Positions 20,032 through 39,347 of a DNA stretch of 64,000 bases are shown one piece after another. Numbering within the stretch: position 1 is the first letter of the stretch; each line of letters opens with the position of its first letter. The position numbers and the translations under genes were made by a program. The notes beneath the pieces are model-generated. The model did not search any database and was not told the DNA's origin. It saw nothing but the letters and a program-made list of their open reading frames with translations. The stretch is from the human T2T-CHM13v2.0 reference genome, Homo sapiens, in the NCBI RefSeq assembly GCF_009914755.1, contig NC_060948.1. The stretch is one strand, 5' to 3'.

Positions 20032-22129
20032 AGATCCATATTTTTTAAATGAAAAAAAATTTCAAAGGTACTCTGCTTGGTACAATAATCAAATGTATAA
20101 ACTGAGGAATAAAACATAACCATGAAACCTACTTATAACTGCATATGGAAAATACAGAGGATAATTTTTTAAATAACATATTTTGAAAGCCTTAACTAGT
20201 AATTTGAAGAGTTGGCATTTGAAAGGCCAGTATGAATATACCTTCAAAGCAGCAACACAGGTTCCCCATGAGAAAAAGCAAACACAGGGAAAATAAAAAC
20301 ACAAAGGTTCAATCTCTTCTGACCTTTGAAAGACACAGCACAGACAGTGGTCCTTAGGACGAAGAGCAGGAGACCCCTAATTCCGTCACCATGGCGATAG
20401 GGCATAAACATTGCTGAGTGAGGGCACAATCCACATTGTGAGGTCCAACTGCTGCCAGGAAGACAGGAGTGCTTTTACATAGACCGAAAGGTCATTGAAG
20501 GCTCAGAGTTTTGTTTCAAGAACTGAATCCCAAGCCCACACGTTATTAGGCTGCGCTTCTTAAAACAAGTTATGAGATGGGAAAAAGGGCACCCACAAAC
20601 ATACGTATACATTATGTATATAATAATATACAGTATCATATATATAATATATATAACCTATGTATAATATTGTTTTACATCCTGCATCTTATGTTATATA
20701 TATTGTATAAAATATAATAATTGATAATATATAAGTTTTATAATTATACAATATGACATATAGTATATATTATAATTTATGACATATATAATATATGTTA
20801 TATGTCATATATAGAATATATTATAGGGTTAATATACGTATTAAATATAAATTATACATTATATATATTATATATAATATATCTGTTATATATAATACCC
20901 ATTATGCATAATATATATATTATGTCTATGTTATATATAGTATAAAACAACATATAATAATATATAATTGTATATATAAAATGCGTCATATAATATATAT
21001 TATATTTTATAACATATGTAATATATATTATATATAATACGTTGTATGTATAATACCTATATTAAATATATATTATATGACTATGTTATTAATTACATGT
21101 CACATGTGTTATATATTATATATTTTACATAGAATATACCGGTTACATACAATATATACTATGTTACCTATAATGTATAATTTATTACATGTAAAATAAA
21201 GAATGCAATATATTATGTATAATTTATAATATACAATATGTGGAATGTGATATATATAACATATAATATATGATATATGATATACAGTATATGATATATA
21301 ACATACAATATATGATTCCTAATATATATGGTATACAATATATATTTTATGATATGTATTCTATATGTTTTATATTCTGTTATATATAACTATTTGAAAT
21401 TATATATAACTGTATAATATTTTATGAAAATATGTAATATAATATATATAACTATATAATATATTATATCTAACTATATATTATGTTATATATACTTTTA
21501 TAACATAATTTACATAAAATATCATAATATAATATATATTATATTATTTCATATTACATAATATATATTACATATCACCCAATATAACTAACATACATAA
21601 TATTATAATATAGATTATATTGTGTTATATTAAATATCATATATATCATGTATCATATATTCTATAATATATATTACACATTATATAATATGTATGTTGT
21701 CTATTATGTGATATATATAACTCTATATATAATTATATTTTTATACATATAACTAGATAAACATGTAATTCTACATATTTTCATTTATACTATGTAGAAT
21801 TATATAATCATATATAATTATTTATATTCTATAAAAAATTTTATCATTATATAAACTATAATATATAAAAATTATAATATGTACTACAAATATATATATT
21901 ATATATCATATATGATATAGTACCTTTGTTATATATCATAATACATATAAATGTGTATTATGTTATCTATAATTATATAATTTCATATATAAGATGTATA
22001 ATATGTATCATATATTATATATGTTATGTAATATATATAGTATATATAAGATGACACAGGATAAATATTATATACTATGACATATAAAATATATGAGGTT
22101 ATATGTTACATATAAGGCATAGCACATAA

Positions 22130-22444
<315 letters not shown>

Positions 22445-24547
22445 AGATCCATATTTTTTAAATGAAAAAAAATTTCAAAGGTACTCTGCTTGGTACAATA
22501 ATCAAATGTATAAACTGAGGAATAAAACATAACCATGAAACCTACTTATAACTGCATATGGAAAATACAGAGGATAATTTTTTAAATAACATATTTTGAA
22601 AGCCTTAACTAGTAATTTGAAGAGTTGGCATTTGAAAGGCCAGTATGAATATACCTTCAAAGCAGCAACACAGGTTCCCCATGAGAAAAAGCAAACACAG
22701 GGGAAATAAAAACACAAAGGTTCAATCTCTTCTGACCTTTGAAAGACACAGCACAGACAGTGGTCCTTAGGACGAAGAGCAGGAGACCCCTAATTCCGTC
22801 ACCATGGCGATAGGGCATAAACATTGCTGGGTGAGGGCACAATCCACATTGTGAGGTCCAACTGCTGCCAGGAAGACAGGAGTGCTTTTACATAGACCGA
22901 AAGGTCATTGAAGGCTCAGAGTTTTGTTTCAAGAACTGAATCCCAAGCCCACACGTTATTAGGCTGCGCTTCTTAAAACAAGTTATGAGATGGGAAAAAG
23001 GGCACCCACAAACATACGTATACATTATGTATATAATAATATACAGTATCATATATATAATATATATAACCTATGTATAATATTGTTTTACATCCTGCAT
23101 CTTATGTTATATATATTGTATAAAATATAATAATTGATAATATATAAGTTTTATAATTATACAATATGACATATAGTATATATTATAATTTATGACATAT
23201 ATAATATATGTTATATGTCATATATAGAATATATTATAGGGTTAATATACGTATTAAATATAAATTATACATTATATATATTATATATAATATATCTGTT
23301 ATATATAATACCCATTATGCATAATATATATATTATGTCTATGTTATATATAGTATAAAACAACATATAATAATATATAATTGTATATATAAAATGCCAC
23401 ATATAATATATATTATATTTTATAACATATGTAATATATATTATATATTATATATAATACGTTGTATGTATAATACCTATATTAAATATATATTATATGA
23501 CTATGTTATTAATTACATGTCACATGTGTTATATATTATATATTTTACATAGAATATACCGGTTACATACAATATATACTATGTTACCTATAATGTATAA
23601 TTTATTACATGTAAAATAAAGAATGCAATATATTATGTATAATTTATAATATACAATATGTGGAATGTGATATATATAACATATAATATATGATATATGA
23701 TATACAGTATATGATATATAACATACAATATATGATTCCTAATATATATGGTATACAATATATATTTTATGATATGTATTCTATATGTTTTATATTCTGT
23801 TATATATAACTATTTGAAATTATATATAACTGTATAATATTTTATGTAAATATGTAATATAATATATATAACTATATAATATATTATATATAACAATATA
23901 TTATGTTATATATACTTTTATAACATAATTTACATAAAATATCATAATATAATATATATTATATTATTTCATATTACATAATATATATTACATATCACCC
24001 AATATAACTAACATACATAATATTATAATATAGATTATATTGTGTTATATTAAATATCATATATATCATGTATCATATATTCTATAATATATATTACACA
24101 TTATATAATATGTATGTTGTCTATTATGTGATATATATAACTATATATAATTATATTTTTATACATATAACTAGATAAACATGTAATTCTACATAATTTC
24201 ATTTATAATATGTAGAATTATATAATCATATATAATTATTTATATTCTATAAAAAATTTTATCATTATATAAATTATAATATATAAAAATTATAATATGT
24301 ACTACAAATATATATATTATATATCATATATGATATAGTACCTTTGTTATATATCATAATACATATAAATGTGTATTATGCTATCTATAATTATATAATT
24401 TCATATATAAGTTGTATAATATGTATCATATATTATATATGTTATGTAATATATACAGTATATATAAGATGACACAGGATAAACATTATATACTATGACA
24501 TATAAAATATATGAGGTTATATGTTACATATAAGGCATAGCACATAA

Positions 24548-24862
<315 letters not shown>

Positions 24863-26983
24863 AGATCCATATTTTTTAAATGAAAAAAAATTTCAAAGGT
24901 ACTCTGCTTGGTACAATAATCAAATGTATAAACTGAGGAATAAAACATAACCATGAAACCTACTTATAACTGCATATGGAAAATACAGAGGATAATTTTT
25001 TAAATAACATATTTTGAAAGCCTTAACTAGTAATTTGAAGAGTTGGCATTTGAAAGGCCAGTATGAATATACCTTCAAAGCAGCAACACAGGTTCCCCAT
25101 GAGAAAAAGCAAACACAGGGAAAATAAAAACACAAAGGTTCAATCTCTTCTGACCTTTGAAAGACACAGCACAGACAGTGGTCCTTAGGACGAAGAGCAG
25201 GAGACCCCTAATTCCGTCACCATGGCGATAGGGCATAAACATTGCTGGGTGAGGGCACAATCCACATTGTGAGGTCCAACTGCTGCCAGGAAGACAGGAG
25301 TGCTTTTACATAGACCGAAAGGTCATTGAAGGCTCAGAGTTTTGTTTCAAGAACTGAATCCCAAGCCCACACGTTATTACGCTGCGCTTCTTAAAACAAG
25401 TTATGAGATGGGAAAAAGGGCACCCACAAACATACGTATACATTATGTATATAATAATATACAGTATCATATATATAATATATATAACCTATGTATAATA
25501 TTGTTTTACATCATGCATCTTATGTTATATATATTGTATAAAATATAATAATTGATAATATATAAGTTTTATAATTATACAATATGACATATAGTATATA
25601 TTATAATTTATGACATATATAATATATGTTATATATCATATATAGAATATATTATACGGTTAATATACGTATTAAATATAAATTATACATTATATATATT
25701 ATATATAATATATCTGTTATATATAATACACATTATGCATAATATATATATTATGTCTATGTTATATATAGTATAAAACAACATATAATAATATATAATT
25801 GTATATATAAAATGCGACATATAATATATATTATATTTTATAACATATGTAATATATATTATATATAATACGTTGTATGTATAATACCTATATTAAATAT
25901 ATATTATATGACTATGTTATTAATTACATGTCACATGTGTTATATATTATATATTTTACATAGAATATACCGGTTACATACAATATATACTATGTTACCT
26001 ATAATGTATAATTTATTACATGTAAAATAAAGAATGCAATATATTATGTATAATTTATAATATACAATATGTGGAATGTGATATATATAACATATAATAT
26101 ATGATATATGATATACAGTATATGATATATAACATACAATATATGATTCCTAATATATATGGTATACAATATATATTTTATGATATGTATTCTATATGTT
26201 TTATATTCTGTTATATATAACTATTTGAAATTATATATAACTGTATAATATTTTATGAAAATATGTAATATAATATATATAACTATATAATATATTATAT
26301 ATAACTATATATTATGTTATATATACTTTTATAACATAATTTACATAAAATATCATAATATAATATATATTATATTATTTCATATTACATAATATATATT
26401 ACATATCACCCAATATAACTAACATACATAATATTATAATATAGATTATATTGTGTTATATTAAATATCATATATATCATGTATCATATATTCTATAATA
26501 TATATTACACATTATATAATATGTATGTTGTTTATTATGTGATATATATAACTCTATATATAATTATATTTTTATACATATAACTAGATAAACATGTAAT
26601 TCTACATATTTTCATTTATAATATGTAGAATTATATAATCATATATAATTATTTATATTCTATAAAAAATTTTATCATTATATAAATTATAATATATAAA
26701 AATTATAATATGTACTACAAATATATATATTATATATCATATATGATATAGTACCTTTGTTATATATCATAATACATATAAATGTGTATTATGTTATCTA
26801 TAATTATATAATTTCATATATAAGATGTATAATATGTATCATATATTATATATGTTATGTAACATATATAGTATATATAAGATGACACAGGATAAATATT
26901 ATATACTATGACATATAAAATATATGAGGTTATATGTTACATATAAGGCATAGCACATAACATGTAATATATATCATATATAA

Positions 26984-27275
26984 TTTTTTTTTAGACAGAA
27001 TCTTGTCCTGTTGCACAGGGTGGTGTACAATGGCGCCATCTTTGCTCACTGCAACTTCTGCCTCACGGGTCCAAGCGATTGTCCTCCCTCAGCCTCCCAG
27101 GTAGCTGGGACTACACCACACTGGGACTACACCAGCTGCCACCATGCCTAGCTAATTTTTTGGATTTTTAGTAGTGACAGCCTTTCACTGTATTGGCCAG
27201 GATGATCTTGATCTCTTCACCTTGTGATCCCCTTGCCTTGGGCTCCAAATTTGCTGGGATTACAGGCCTGAGCCA
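26984..27275 (-). mobile_element. Alu copy, unit 12
   Basis: Near-identical to 403-694. Confidence 0.95.
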
Positions 27276-29373
27276 AGATCCATATTTTTTAAATGAAAAA
27301 AAATTTCAAAGGTACTCTGCTTGGTACAATAATCAAATGTATAAACTGAGGAATAAAACATAACCATGAAACCTACTTATAACTGCATATGGAAAATACA
27401 GAGGATAATTTTTTAAATAACATATTTTGAAAGCCTTAACTAGTAATTTGAAGAGTTGGCATTTGAAAGGCCAGTATGAATATACCTTCAAAGCAGCAAC
27501 ACAGGTTCCCCATGAGAAAAAGCAAACACAGGGAAAATAAAAACACAAAGGTTCAATCTCTTCTGACCTTTGAAAGACACAGCACAGACAGTGGTCCTTA
27601 GGACGAAGAGCAGGAGACCCCTAATTCCGTCACCATGGCGATAGGGCATAAACATTGCTGAGTGAGGGCACAATCCACATTGTGAGGTCCAACTGCTGCC
27701 AGGAAGACAGGAGTGCTTTTACATAGACCGAAAGGTCATTGAAGGCTCAGAGTTTTGTTTCAAGAACTGAATCCCAAGCCCACACGTTATTAGGCTGTGC
27801 TTCTTAAAACAAGTCATGAGATGGGAAAAAGGGCACCCACAAACATACGTATACATTATGTATATAAAAATATACAGTATCATATATATAATATATATAA
27901 CCTATGTATAATATTGTTTTACATCCTGCATCTTATGTTATATATATTGTATAAAATATAATAATTGATAATATATAAGTTTTATAATTATACAATATGA
28001 CATATAGTATATATTATAATTTATGACATATATAATATATGTTATATGTCATATATAGAATATATTATACGGTTAATATACGTATTAAATATAAATTATA
28101 CATTATATATATTATATATAATATATCTGTTATATATAATACCCATTATGCATAATATATATATTATGTCTATGTTATATATAGTATAAAACAACATATA
28201 ATAATATATAATTGTATGTATAAAATGCGACATATAATATATATTATATTTTATAACATATGTAATATATATTATATATAATACGTTGTATGTATAATAC
28301 CTATATTAAATATATATTATATGACTATGTTATTAATTACATGTCACATGTGTTATATATTATATATTTTACATAGAATATACCGGTTACATACAATATA
28401 TACTATGTTACCTATAATGTATAATTGATTACATGTAAAATAAAGAATGCAATATATTATGTATAATTTATAATATACAATATGTGGAATGTGATATATA
28501 TAACATATAATATATGATATATGATATACAGTATATGATATATAACATACAATATATGATTCCTAATATATATGGTATACAATATATATTTTATGATATG
28601 TATTCTATATGTTTTATATTCTGTTATATATAACTATTTGAAATTATATATAACTGTATAATATTTTATGTAAATATGTAATATAATATATATAACTATA
28701 TAATATATTATATATAACTATATATTATGTTATATATACTTTTATAACATAATTTACATAAAATATCATAATATAATATATATTATATTATTTCATATTA
28801 CATAATATATATTACATATCACCCAATATAACTAACATACATAATATTATAATATAGATTATATTGTGTTATATTAAATATCATATATATCATGTATCAT
28901 ATATTCTATAATATATATTACACATTATATAATATGTATGTTGTCTATTATGTGATATATATAACTCTATATATAATTATATTTTTATACATATAACTAG
29001 ATAAACATGTAATTCTACATATTTTCATTTATAATATGTAGAATTATATAATCATATATAATTATTTATATTCTATAAAAAATTTTATCATTATATAAAT
29101 TATAATATATAAAAATTATAATATGTACTACAAATATATATATTATATATCATATATGATATAGTACCTTTGTTATATATCATAATACATATAAATGTGT
29201 ATTATGTTATCTATAATTATATAATTTCATATATAAGATGTATAATATGTATCATATATTATATATGTTATGTAATATATATAGTATATATAAGATGACA
29301 CAGGATAAATATTATATACTATGACATATAAAAAATATGAGGTTATATGTTACATATAAGGCATAGCACATAA

Positions 29374-29688
<315 letters not shown>

Positions 29689-31786
29689 AGATCCATATTT
29701 TTTAAATGAAAAAAAATTTCAAAGGTACTCTGCTTGGTACAATAATCAAATGTATAAACTGAGGAATAAAACATAACCATGAAACCTACTTATAACTGCA
29801 TATGGAAAATACAGAGGATAATTTTTTAAATAACATATTTTGAAAGCCTTAACTAGTAATTTGAAGAGTTGGCATTTGAAAGGCCAGTATGAATATACCT
29901 TCAAAGCAGCAACACAGGTTCCCCATGAGAAAAAGCAAACACAGGGAAAATAAAAACACAAAGGTTCAATCTCTTCTGACCTTTGAAAGACACAGCACAG
30001 ACAGTGGTCCTTAGGACGAAGAGCAGGAGACCCCTAATTCCGTCACCATGGCGATAGGGCATAAACATTGCTGGGTGAGGGCACAATCCACATTGTGAGG
30101 TCCAACTGCTGCCAGGAAGACAGGAGTGCTTTTACATAGACCGAAAGGTCATTGAAGGCTCAGAGTTTTGTTTCAAGAACTGAATCCCAAGCCCACACGT
30201 TATTAGGCTGCGCTTCTTAAAACAAGTTATGAGATGGGAAAAAGGGCACCCACAAACATACGTATACATTATGTATATAATAATATACAGTATCATATAT
30301 ATAATATATATAACCTATGTATAATATTGTTTTACATCCTGCATCTTATGTTATATATATTGTATAAAATATAATAATTGATAATATATAAGTTTTATAA
30401 TTATACAATATGACATATAGTATATATTATAATTTATGACATATATAATATATGTTATATGTCATATATAGAATATATTATAGGGTTAATATACGTATTA
30501 AATATAAATTATACATTATATATATTATATATAATATATCTGTTATATATAATACCCATTATGCATAATATATATATTATGTCTATGTTATATATAGTAT
30601 AAAACAACATATAATAATATATAATTGTATATATAAAATGCGTCATATAATATATATTATATTTTATAACATATGTAATATATATTATATATAATACGTT
30701 GTATGTATAATACCTATATTAAATATATATTATATGACTATGTTATTAATTACATGTCACATGTGTTATATATTATATATTTTACATAGAATATACCGGT
30801 TACATACAATATATACTATGTTACCTATAATGTATAATTCATTACATGTAAAATAAAGAATGCAATATATTATGTATAATTTATAATATACAATATGTGG
30901 AATGTGATATATATAACATATAATATATGATATATGATATACAGTATATGATATATAACATACAATATATGATTCCTAATATATATGGTATACAATATAT
31001 ATTTTATGATATGTATTCTATATGTTTTATATTCTGTTATATATAACTATTTGAAATTATATATAACTGTATAATATTTTATGAAAATATGTAATATAAT
31101 ATATATAACTATATAATATATTATATCTAACTATATATTATGTTATATATACTTTTATAACATAATTTACATAAAATATCATAATATAATATATATTATA
31201 TTATTTCATATTACATAATATATATTACATATCACCCAATATAACTAACATACATAATATTATAATATAGATTATATTGTGTTATATTAAATATCATATA
31301 TATCATGTATCATATATTCTATAATATATATTACACATTATATAATATGTATGTTGTCTATTATGTGATATATATAACTCTATATATAATTATATTTTTA
31401 TACATATAACTAGATAAACATGTAATTCTACATATTTTCATTTATACTATGTAGAATTATATAATCATATATAATTATTTATATTCTATAAAAAATTTTA
31501 TCATTATATAAACTATAATATATAAAAATTATAATATGTACTACAAATATATATATTATATATCATATATGATATAGTACCTTTGTTATATATCATAATA
31601 CATATAAATGTGTATTATGTTATCTATAATTATATAATTTCATATATAAGATGTATAATATGTATCATATATTATATATGTTATGTAATATATATAGTAT
31701 ATATAAGATGACACAGGATAAATATTATATACTATGACATATAAAATATATGAGGTTATATGTTACATATAAGGCATAGCACATAA

Positions 31787-32101
<315 letters not shown>

Positions 32102-34206
32102 AGATCCATATTTTTTAAATGAAAAAAAATTTCAAAGGTACTCTGCTTGGTACAATAATCAAATGTATAAACTGAGGAATAAAACATAACCATGAAACCT
32201 ACTTATAACTGCATATGGAAAATACAGAGGATAATTTTTTAAATAACATATTTTGAAAGCCTTAACTAGTAATTTGAAGAGTTGGCATTTGAAAGGCCAG
32301 TATGAATATACCTTCAAAGCAGCAACACAGGTTCCCCATGAGAAAAAGCAAACACAGGGGAAATAAAAACACAAAGGTTCAATCTCTTCTGACCTTTGAA
32401 AGACACAGCACAGACAGTGGTCCTTAGGACGAAGAGCAGGAGACCCCTAATTCCGTCACCATGGCGATAGGGCATAAACATTGCTGGGTGAGGGCACAAT
32501 CCACATTGTGAGGTCCAACTGCTGCCAGGAAGACAGGAGTGCTTTTACATAGACCGAAAGGTCATTGAAGGCTCAGAGTTTTGTTTCAAGAACTGAATCC
32601 CAAGCCCACACGTTATTAGGCTGTGCTTCTTAAAACAAGTTATGAGATGGGAAAAAGGGCACCCACAAACATACGTATACATTATGTATATAATAATATA
32701 CAGTATCATATATATAATATATATAACCTATGTATAATATTGTTTTACATCCTGCATCTTATGTTATATATATTGTATAAAATATAATAATTGATAATAT
32801 ATAAGTTTTATAATTATACAATATGACATATAGTATATATTATAATTTATGACATATATAATATATGTTATATGTCATATATAGAATATATTATACGGTT
32901 AATATACGTATTAAATATAAATTATACATTATATATATTATATATAATATATCTGTTATATATAATACCCATTATGCATAATATATATATTATGTCTATG
33001 TTATATATAGTATAAAACAACATATAATAATATATAATTGTATATATAAAATGCGACATATAATATATATTATATTTTATAACATATGTAATATATATTA
33101 TATATTATATATAATACGTTGTATGTATAATACCTATATTAAATATATATTATATGACTATGTTATTAATTACATGTCACATGTGTTATATATTATATAT
33201 TTTACATAGAATATACCGGTTACATACAATATATACTATGTTACCTATAATGTATAATTTATTACATGTAAAATAAAGAATGCAATATATTATGTATAAT
33301 TTATAATATACAATATGTGGAATGTGATATATATAACATATAATATATGATATATGATATACAGTATATGATATATAACATACAATATATGATTCCTAAT
33401 ATATATGGTATACAATATATATTTTATGATATGTATTCTATATGTTTTATATTCTGTTATATATAACTATTTGAAATTATATATAACTGTATAATATTTT
33501 ATGTAAATATGTAATATAATATATATAACTATATAATATATTATATATAACTATATATTATGTTATATATACTTTTATAACATAATTTACATAAAATATC
33601 ATAATATAATATATATTATATTATTTCATATTACATAATATATATTACATATCACCCAATATAACTAACATACATAATATTATAATATAGATTATATTGT
33701 GTTATATTAAATATCATATATATCATGTATCATATATTCTATAATATATATTACACATTATATAATATGTATGTTGTCTATTATGTGATATATATAACTC
33801 TATATATAATTATATTTTTATACATATAACTAGATAAACATGTAATTCTACATATTTTCATTTATACTATGTAGAATTATATAATCATATATAATTATTT
33901 ATATTCTATAAAAAATTTTATCATTATATAAACTATAATATATAAAAATTATAATATGTACTACAAATATATATATTATATATCATATATGATATAGTAC
34001 CTTTGTTATATATCATAATACATATAAATGTGTATTATGTTATCTATAATTATATAATTTCATATATAAGATGTATAATATGTATCATATATTATATATG
34101 TTATGTAACATATATAGTATATATAAGATGACACAGGATAAATATTATATACTATGACATATAAAATATATGAGGTTATATGTTACATATAAGGCATAGC
34201 ACATAA

Positions 34207-34521
<315 letters not shown>

Positions 34522-36619
34522 AGATCCATATTTTTTAAATGAAAAAAAATTTCAAAGGTACTCTGCTTGGTACAATAATCAAATGTATAAACTGAGGAAT
34601 AAAACATAACCATGAAACCTGCTTATAACTGCATATGGAAAATACAGAGGATAATTTTTTAAATAACATATTTTGAAAGCCTTAACTAGTAATTTGAAGA
34701 GTTGGCATTTGAAAGGCCAGTATGAATATACCTTCAAAGCAGCAACACAGGTTCCCCATGAGAAAAAGCAAACACAGGGAAAATAAAAACACAAAGGTTC
34801 AATCTCTTCTGACCTTTGAAAGACACAGCACAGACAGTGGTCCTTAGGACGAAGAGCAGGAGACCCCTAATTCCGTCACCATGGCGATAGGGCATAAACA
34901 TTGCTGGGTGAGGGCACAATCCACATTGTGAGGTCCAACTGCTGCCAGGAAGACAGGAGTGCTTTTACATAGACCGAAAGGTCATTGAAGGCTCAGAGTT
35001 TTGTTTCAAGAACTGAATCCCAAGCCCACACGTTATTAGGCTGCGCTTCTTAAAACAAGTTATGAGATGGGAAAAAGGGCACCCACAAACATACGTATAC
35101 ATTATGTATATAATAATATACAGTATCATATATATAATATATATAACCTATGTATAATATTGTTTTACATCCTGCATCTTATGTTATATATATTGTATAA
35201 AATATAATAATTGATAATATATAAGTTTTATAATTATACAATATGACATATAGTATATATTATAATTTATGACATATATAATATATGTTATATGTCATAT
35301 ATAGAATATATTATACGGTTAATATACGTATTAAATATAAATTATACATTATATATATTATATATAATATATCTGTTATATATAATACCCATTATGCATA
35401 ATATATATATTATGTCTATGTTATATATAGTATAAAACAACATATAATAATATATAATTGTATATATAAAATGCGACATATAATATATATTATATTTTAT
35501 AACATATGTAATATATATTATATATAATACGTTGTATGTATAATACCTATATTAAATATATATTATATGACTATGTTATTAATTACATGTCACATGTGTT
35601 ATATATTATATATTTTACATAGAATATACCGGTTACATACAATATATACTATGTTACCTATAATGTATAATTTATTACATGTAAAATAAAGAATGCAATA
35701 TATTATGTATAATTTATAATATACAATATGTGGAATGTGATATATATAACATATAATATATGATATATGATATACAGTATATGATATATAACATACAATA
35801 TATGATTCCTAATATATATGGTATACAATATATATTTTATGATATGTATTCTATATGTTTTATATTCTATTATATATAACTATTTGAAATTATATATAAC
35901 TGTATAATATTTTATGTAAATATGTAATATAATATATATAACTATATAATATATTATATATAACTATATATTATGTTATATATACTTTTATAACATAATT
36001 TACCTAAAATATCATAATATAATATATATTATATTATTTCATATTACATAATATATATTACATATCACCCAATATAACTAACATACATAATATTATAATA
36101 TAGATTATATTGTGTTATATTAAATATCATATATATCATGTATCATATATTCTATAATATATATTACACATTATATAATATGTATGTTGTCTATTATGTG
36201 ATATATATAACTCTATATATAATTATATTTTTATACATATAACTAGATAAACATGTAATTCTACATATTTTCATTTATAATATGTAGAATTATATAATCA
36301 TATATAATTATTTATATTCTATAAAAAATTTTATCATTATATAAATTATAATATATAAAAATTATAATATGTACTACAAATATATATATTATATATCATA
36401 TATGATATAGTACCTTTGTTATATATCATAATACATATAAATGTGTATTATGTTATCTATAATTATATAATTTCATATATAAGATGTATAATATGTATCA
36501 TATATTATATATGTTATGTAATATATATAGTATATATAAGATGACACAGGATAAATATTATATACTATGACATATAAAATATATGAGGTTATATGTTACA
36601 TATAAGGCATAGCACATAA

Positions 36620-36934
<315 letters not shown>

Positions 36935-39032
36935 AGATCCATATTTTTTAAATGAAAAAAAATCTCAAAGGTACTCTGCTTGGTACAATAATCAAATGTA
37001 TAAACTGAGGAATAAAACATAACCATGAAACCTACTTATAACTGCATATGGAAAATACAGAGGATAATTTTTTAAATAACATATTTTGAAAGCCTTAACT
37101 AGTAATTTGAAGAGTTGGCATTTGAAAGGCCAGTATGAATATACCTTCAAAGCAGCAACACAGGTTCCCCATGAGAAAAAGCAAACACAGGGAAAATAAA
37201 AACACAAAGGTTCAATCTCTTCTGACCTTTGAAAGACACAGCACAGACAGTGGTCCTTAGGACGAAGAGCAGGAGACCCCTAATTCCGTCACCATGGCGA
37301 TAGGGCATAAACATTGCTGGGTGAGGGCACAATCCACATTGTGAGGTCCAACTGCTGCCAGGAAGACAGGAGTGCTTTTACATAGACCGAAAGGTCATTG
37401 AAGGCTCAGAGTTTTGTTTCAAGAACTGAATCCCAAGCCCACACGTTATTAGGCTGCGCTTCTTAAAACAAGTTATGAGATGGGAAAAAGGGCACCCACA
37501 AACATACGTATACATTATGTATATAATAATATACAGTATCATATATATAATATATATAACCTATGTATAATATTGTTTTACATCCTGCATCTTATGTTAT
37601 ATATATTGTATAAAATATAATAATTGATAATATATAAGTTTTATAATTATACAATATGACATATAGTATATATTATAATTTATGACATATATAATATATG
37701 TTATATGTCATATATAGAATATATTATACGGTTAATATACGTATTAAATATAAATTATACATTATATATATTATATATAATATATCTGTTATATATAATA
37801 CCCATTATGCATAATATATATATTATGTCTATGTTATATATAGTATAAAACAACATATAATAATATATAATTGTATATATAAAATGCGTCATATAATATA
37901 TATTATATTTTATAACATATGTAATATATATTATATATAATACGTTGTATGTATAATACCTATATTAAATATATATTATATGACTATGTTATTAATTACA
38001 TGTCACATGTGTTATATATTATATATTTTACATAGAATATACCGGTTACATACAATATATACTATGTTACCTATAATGTATAATTTATTACATGTAAAAT
38101 AAAGAATGCAATATATTATGTATAATTTATAATATACAATATGTGGAATGTGATATATATAACATATAATATATGATATATGATATACAGTATATGATAT
38201 ATAACATACAATATATGATTCCTAATATATATGGTATACAATATATATTTTATGATATGTATTCTATATGTTTTATATTCTATTATATATAACTATTTGA
38301 AATTATATATAACTGTATAATATTTTATGTAAATATGTAATATAATATATATAACTATATAATATATTATATATAACTATATATTATGTTATATATACTT
38401 TTATAACATAATTTACCTAAAATATCATAATATAATATATATTATATTATTTCATATTACATAATATATATTACATATCACCCAATATAACTAACATACA
38501 TAATATTATAATATAGATTATATTGTGTTATATTAAATATCATATATATCATGTATCATATATTCTATAATATATATTACACATTATATAATATGTATGT
38601 TGTCTATTATGTGATATATATAACTCTATATATAATTATATTTTTATACATATAACTAGATAAACATGTAATTCTACATATTTTCATTTATACTATGTAG
38701 AATTATATAATCATATATAATTATTTATATTCTATAAAAAATTTTATCATTATATAAACTATAATATATAAAAATTATAATATGTACTACAAATATATAT
38801 ATTATATATCATATATGATATAGTACCTTTGTTATATATCATAATACATATAAATGTGTATTATGTTATCTATAATTATATAATTTCATATATAAGATGT
38901 ATAATATGTATCATATATTATATATGTTATGTAACATATATAGTATATATAAGATGACACAGGATAAATATTATATACTATGACATATAAAATATATGAG
39001 GTTATATGTTACATATAAGGCATAGCACATAA

Positions 39033-39347
<315 letters not shown>
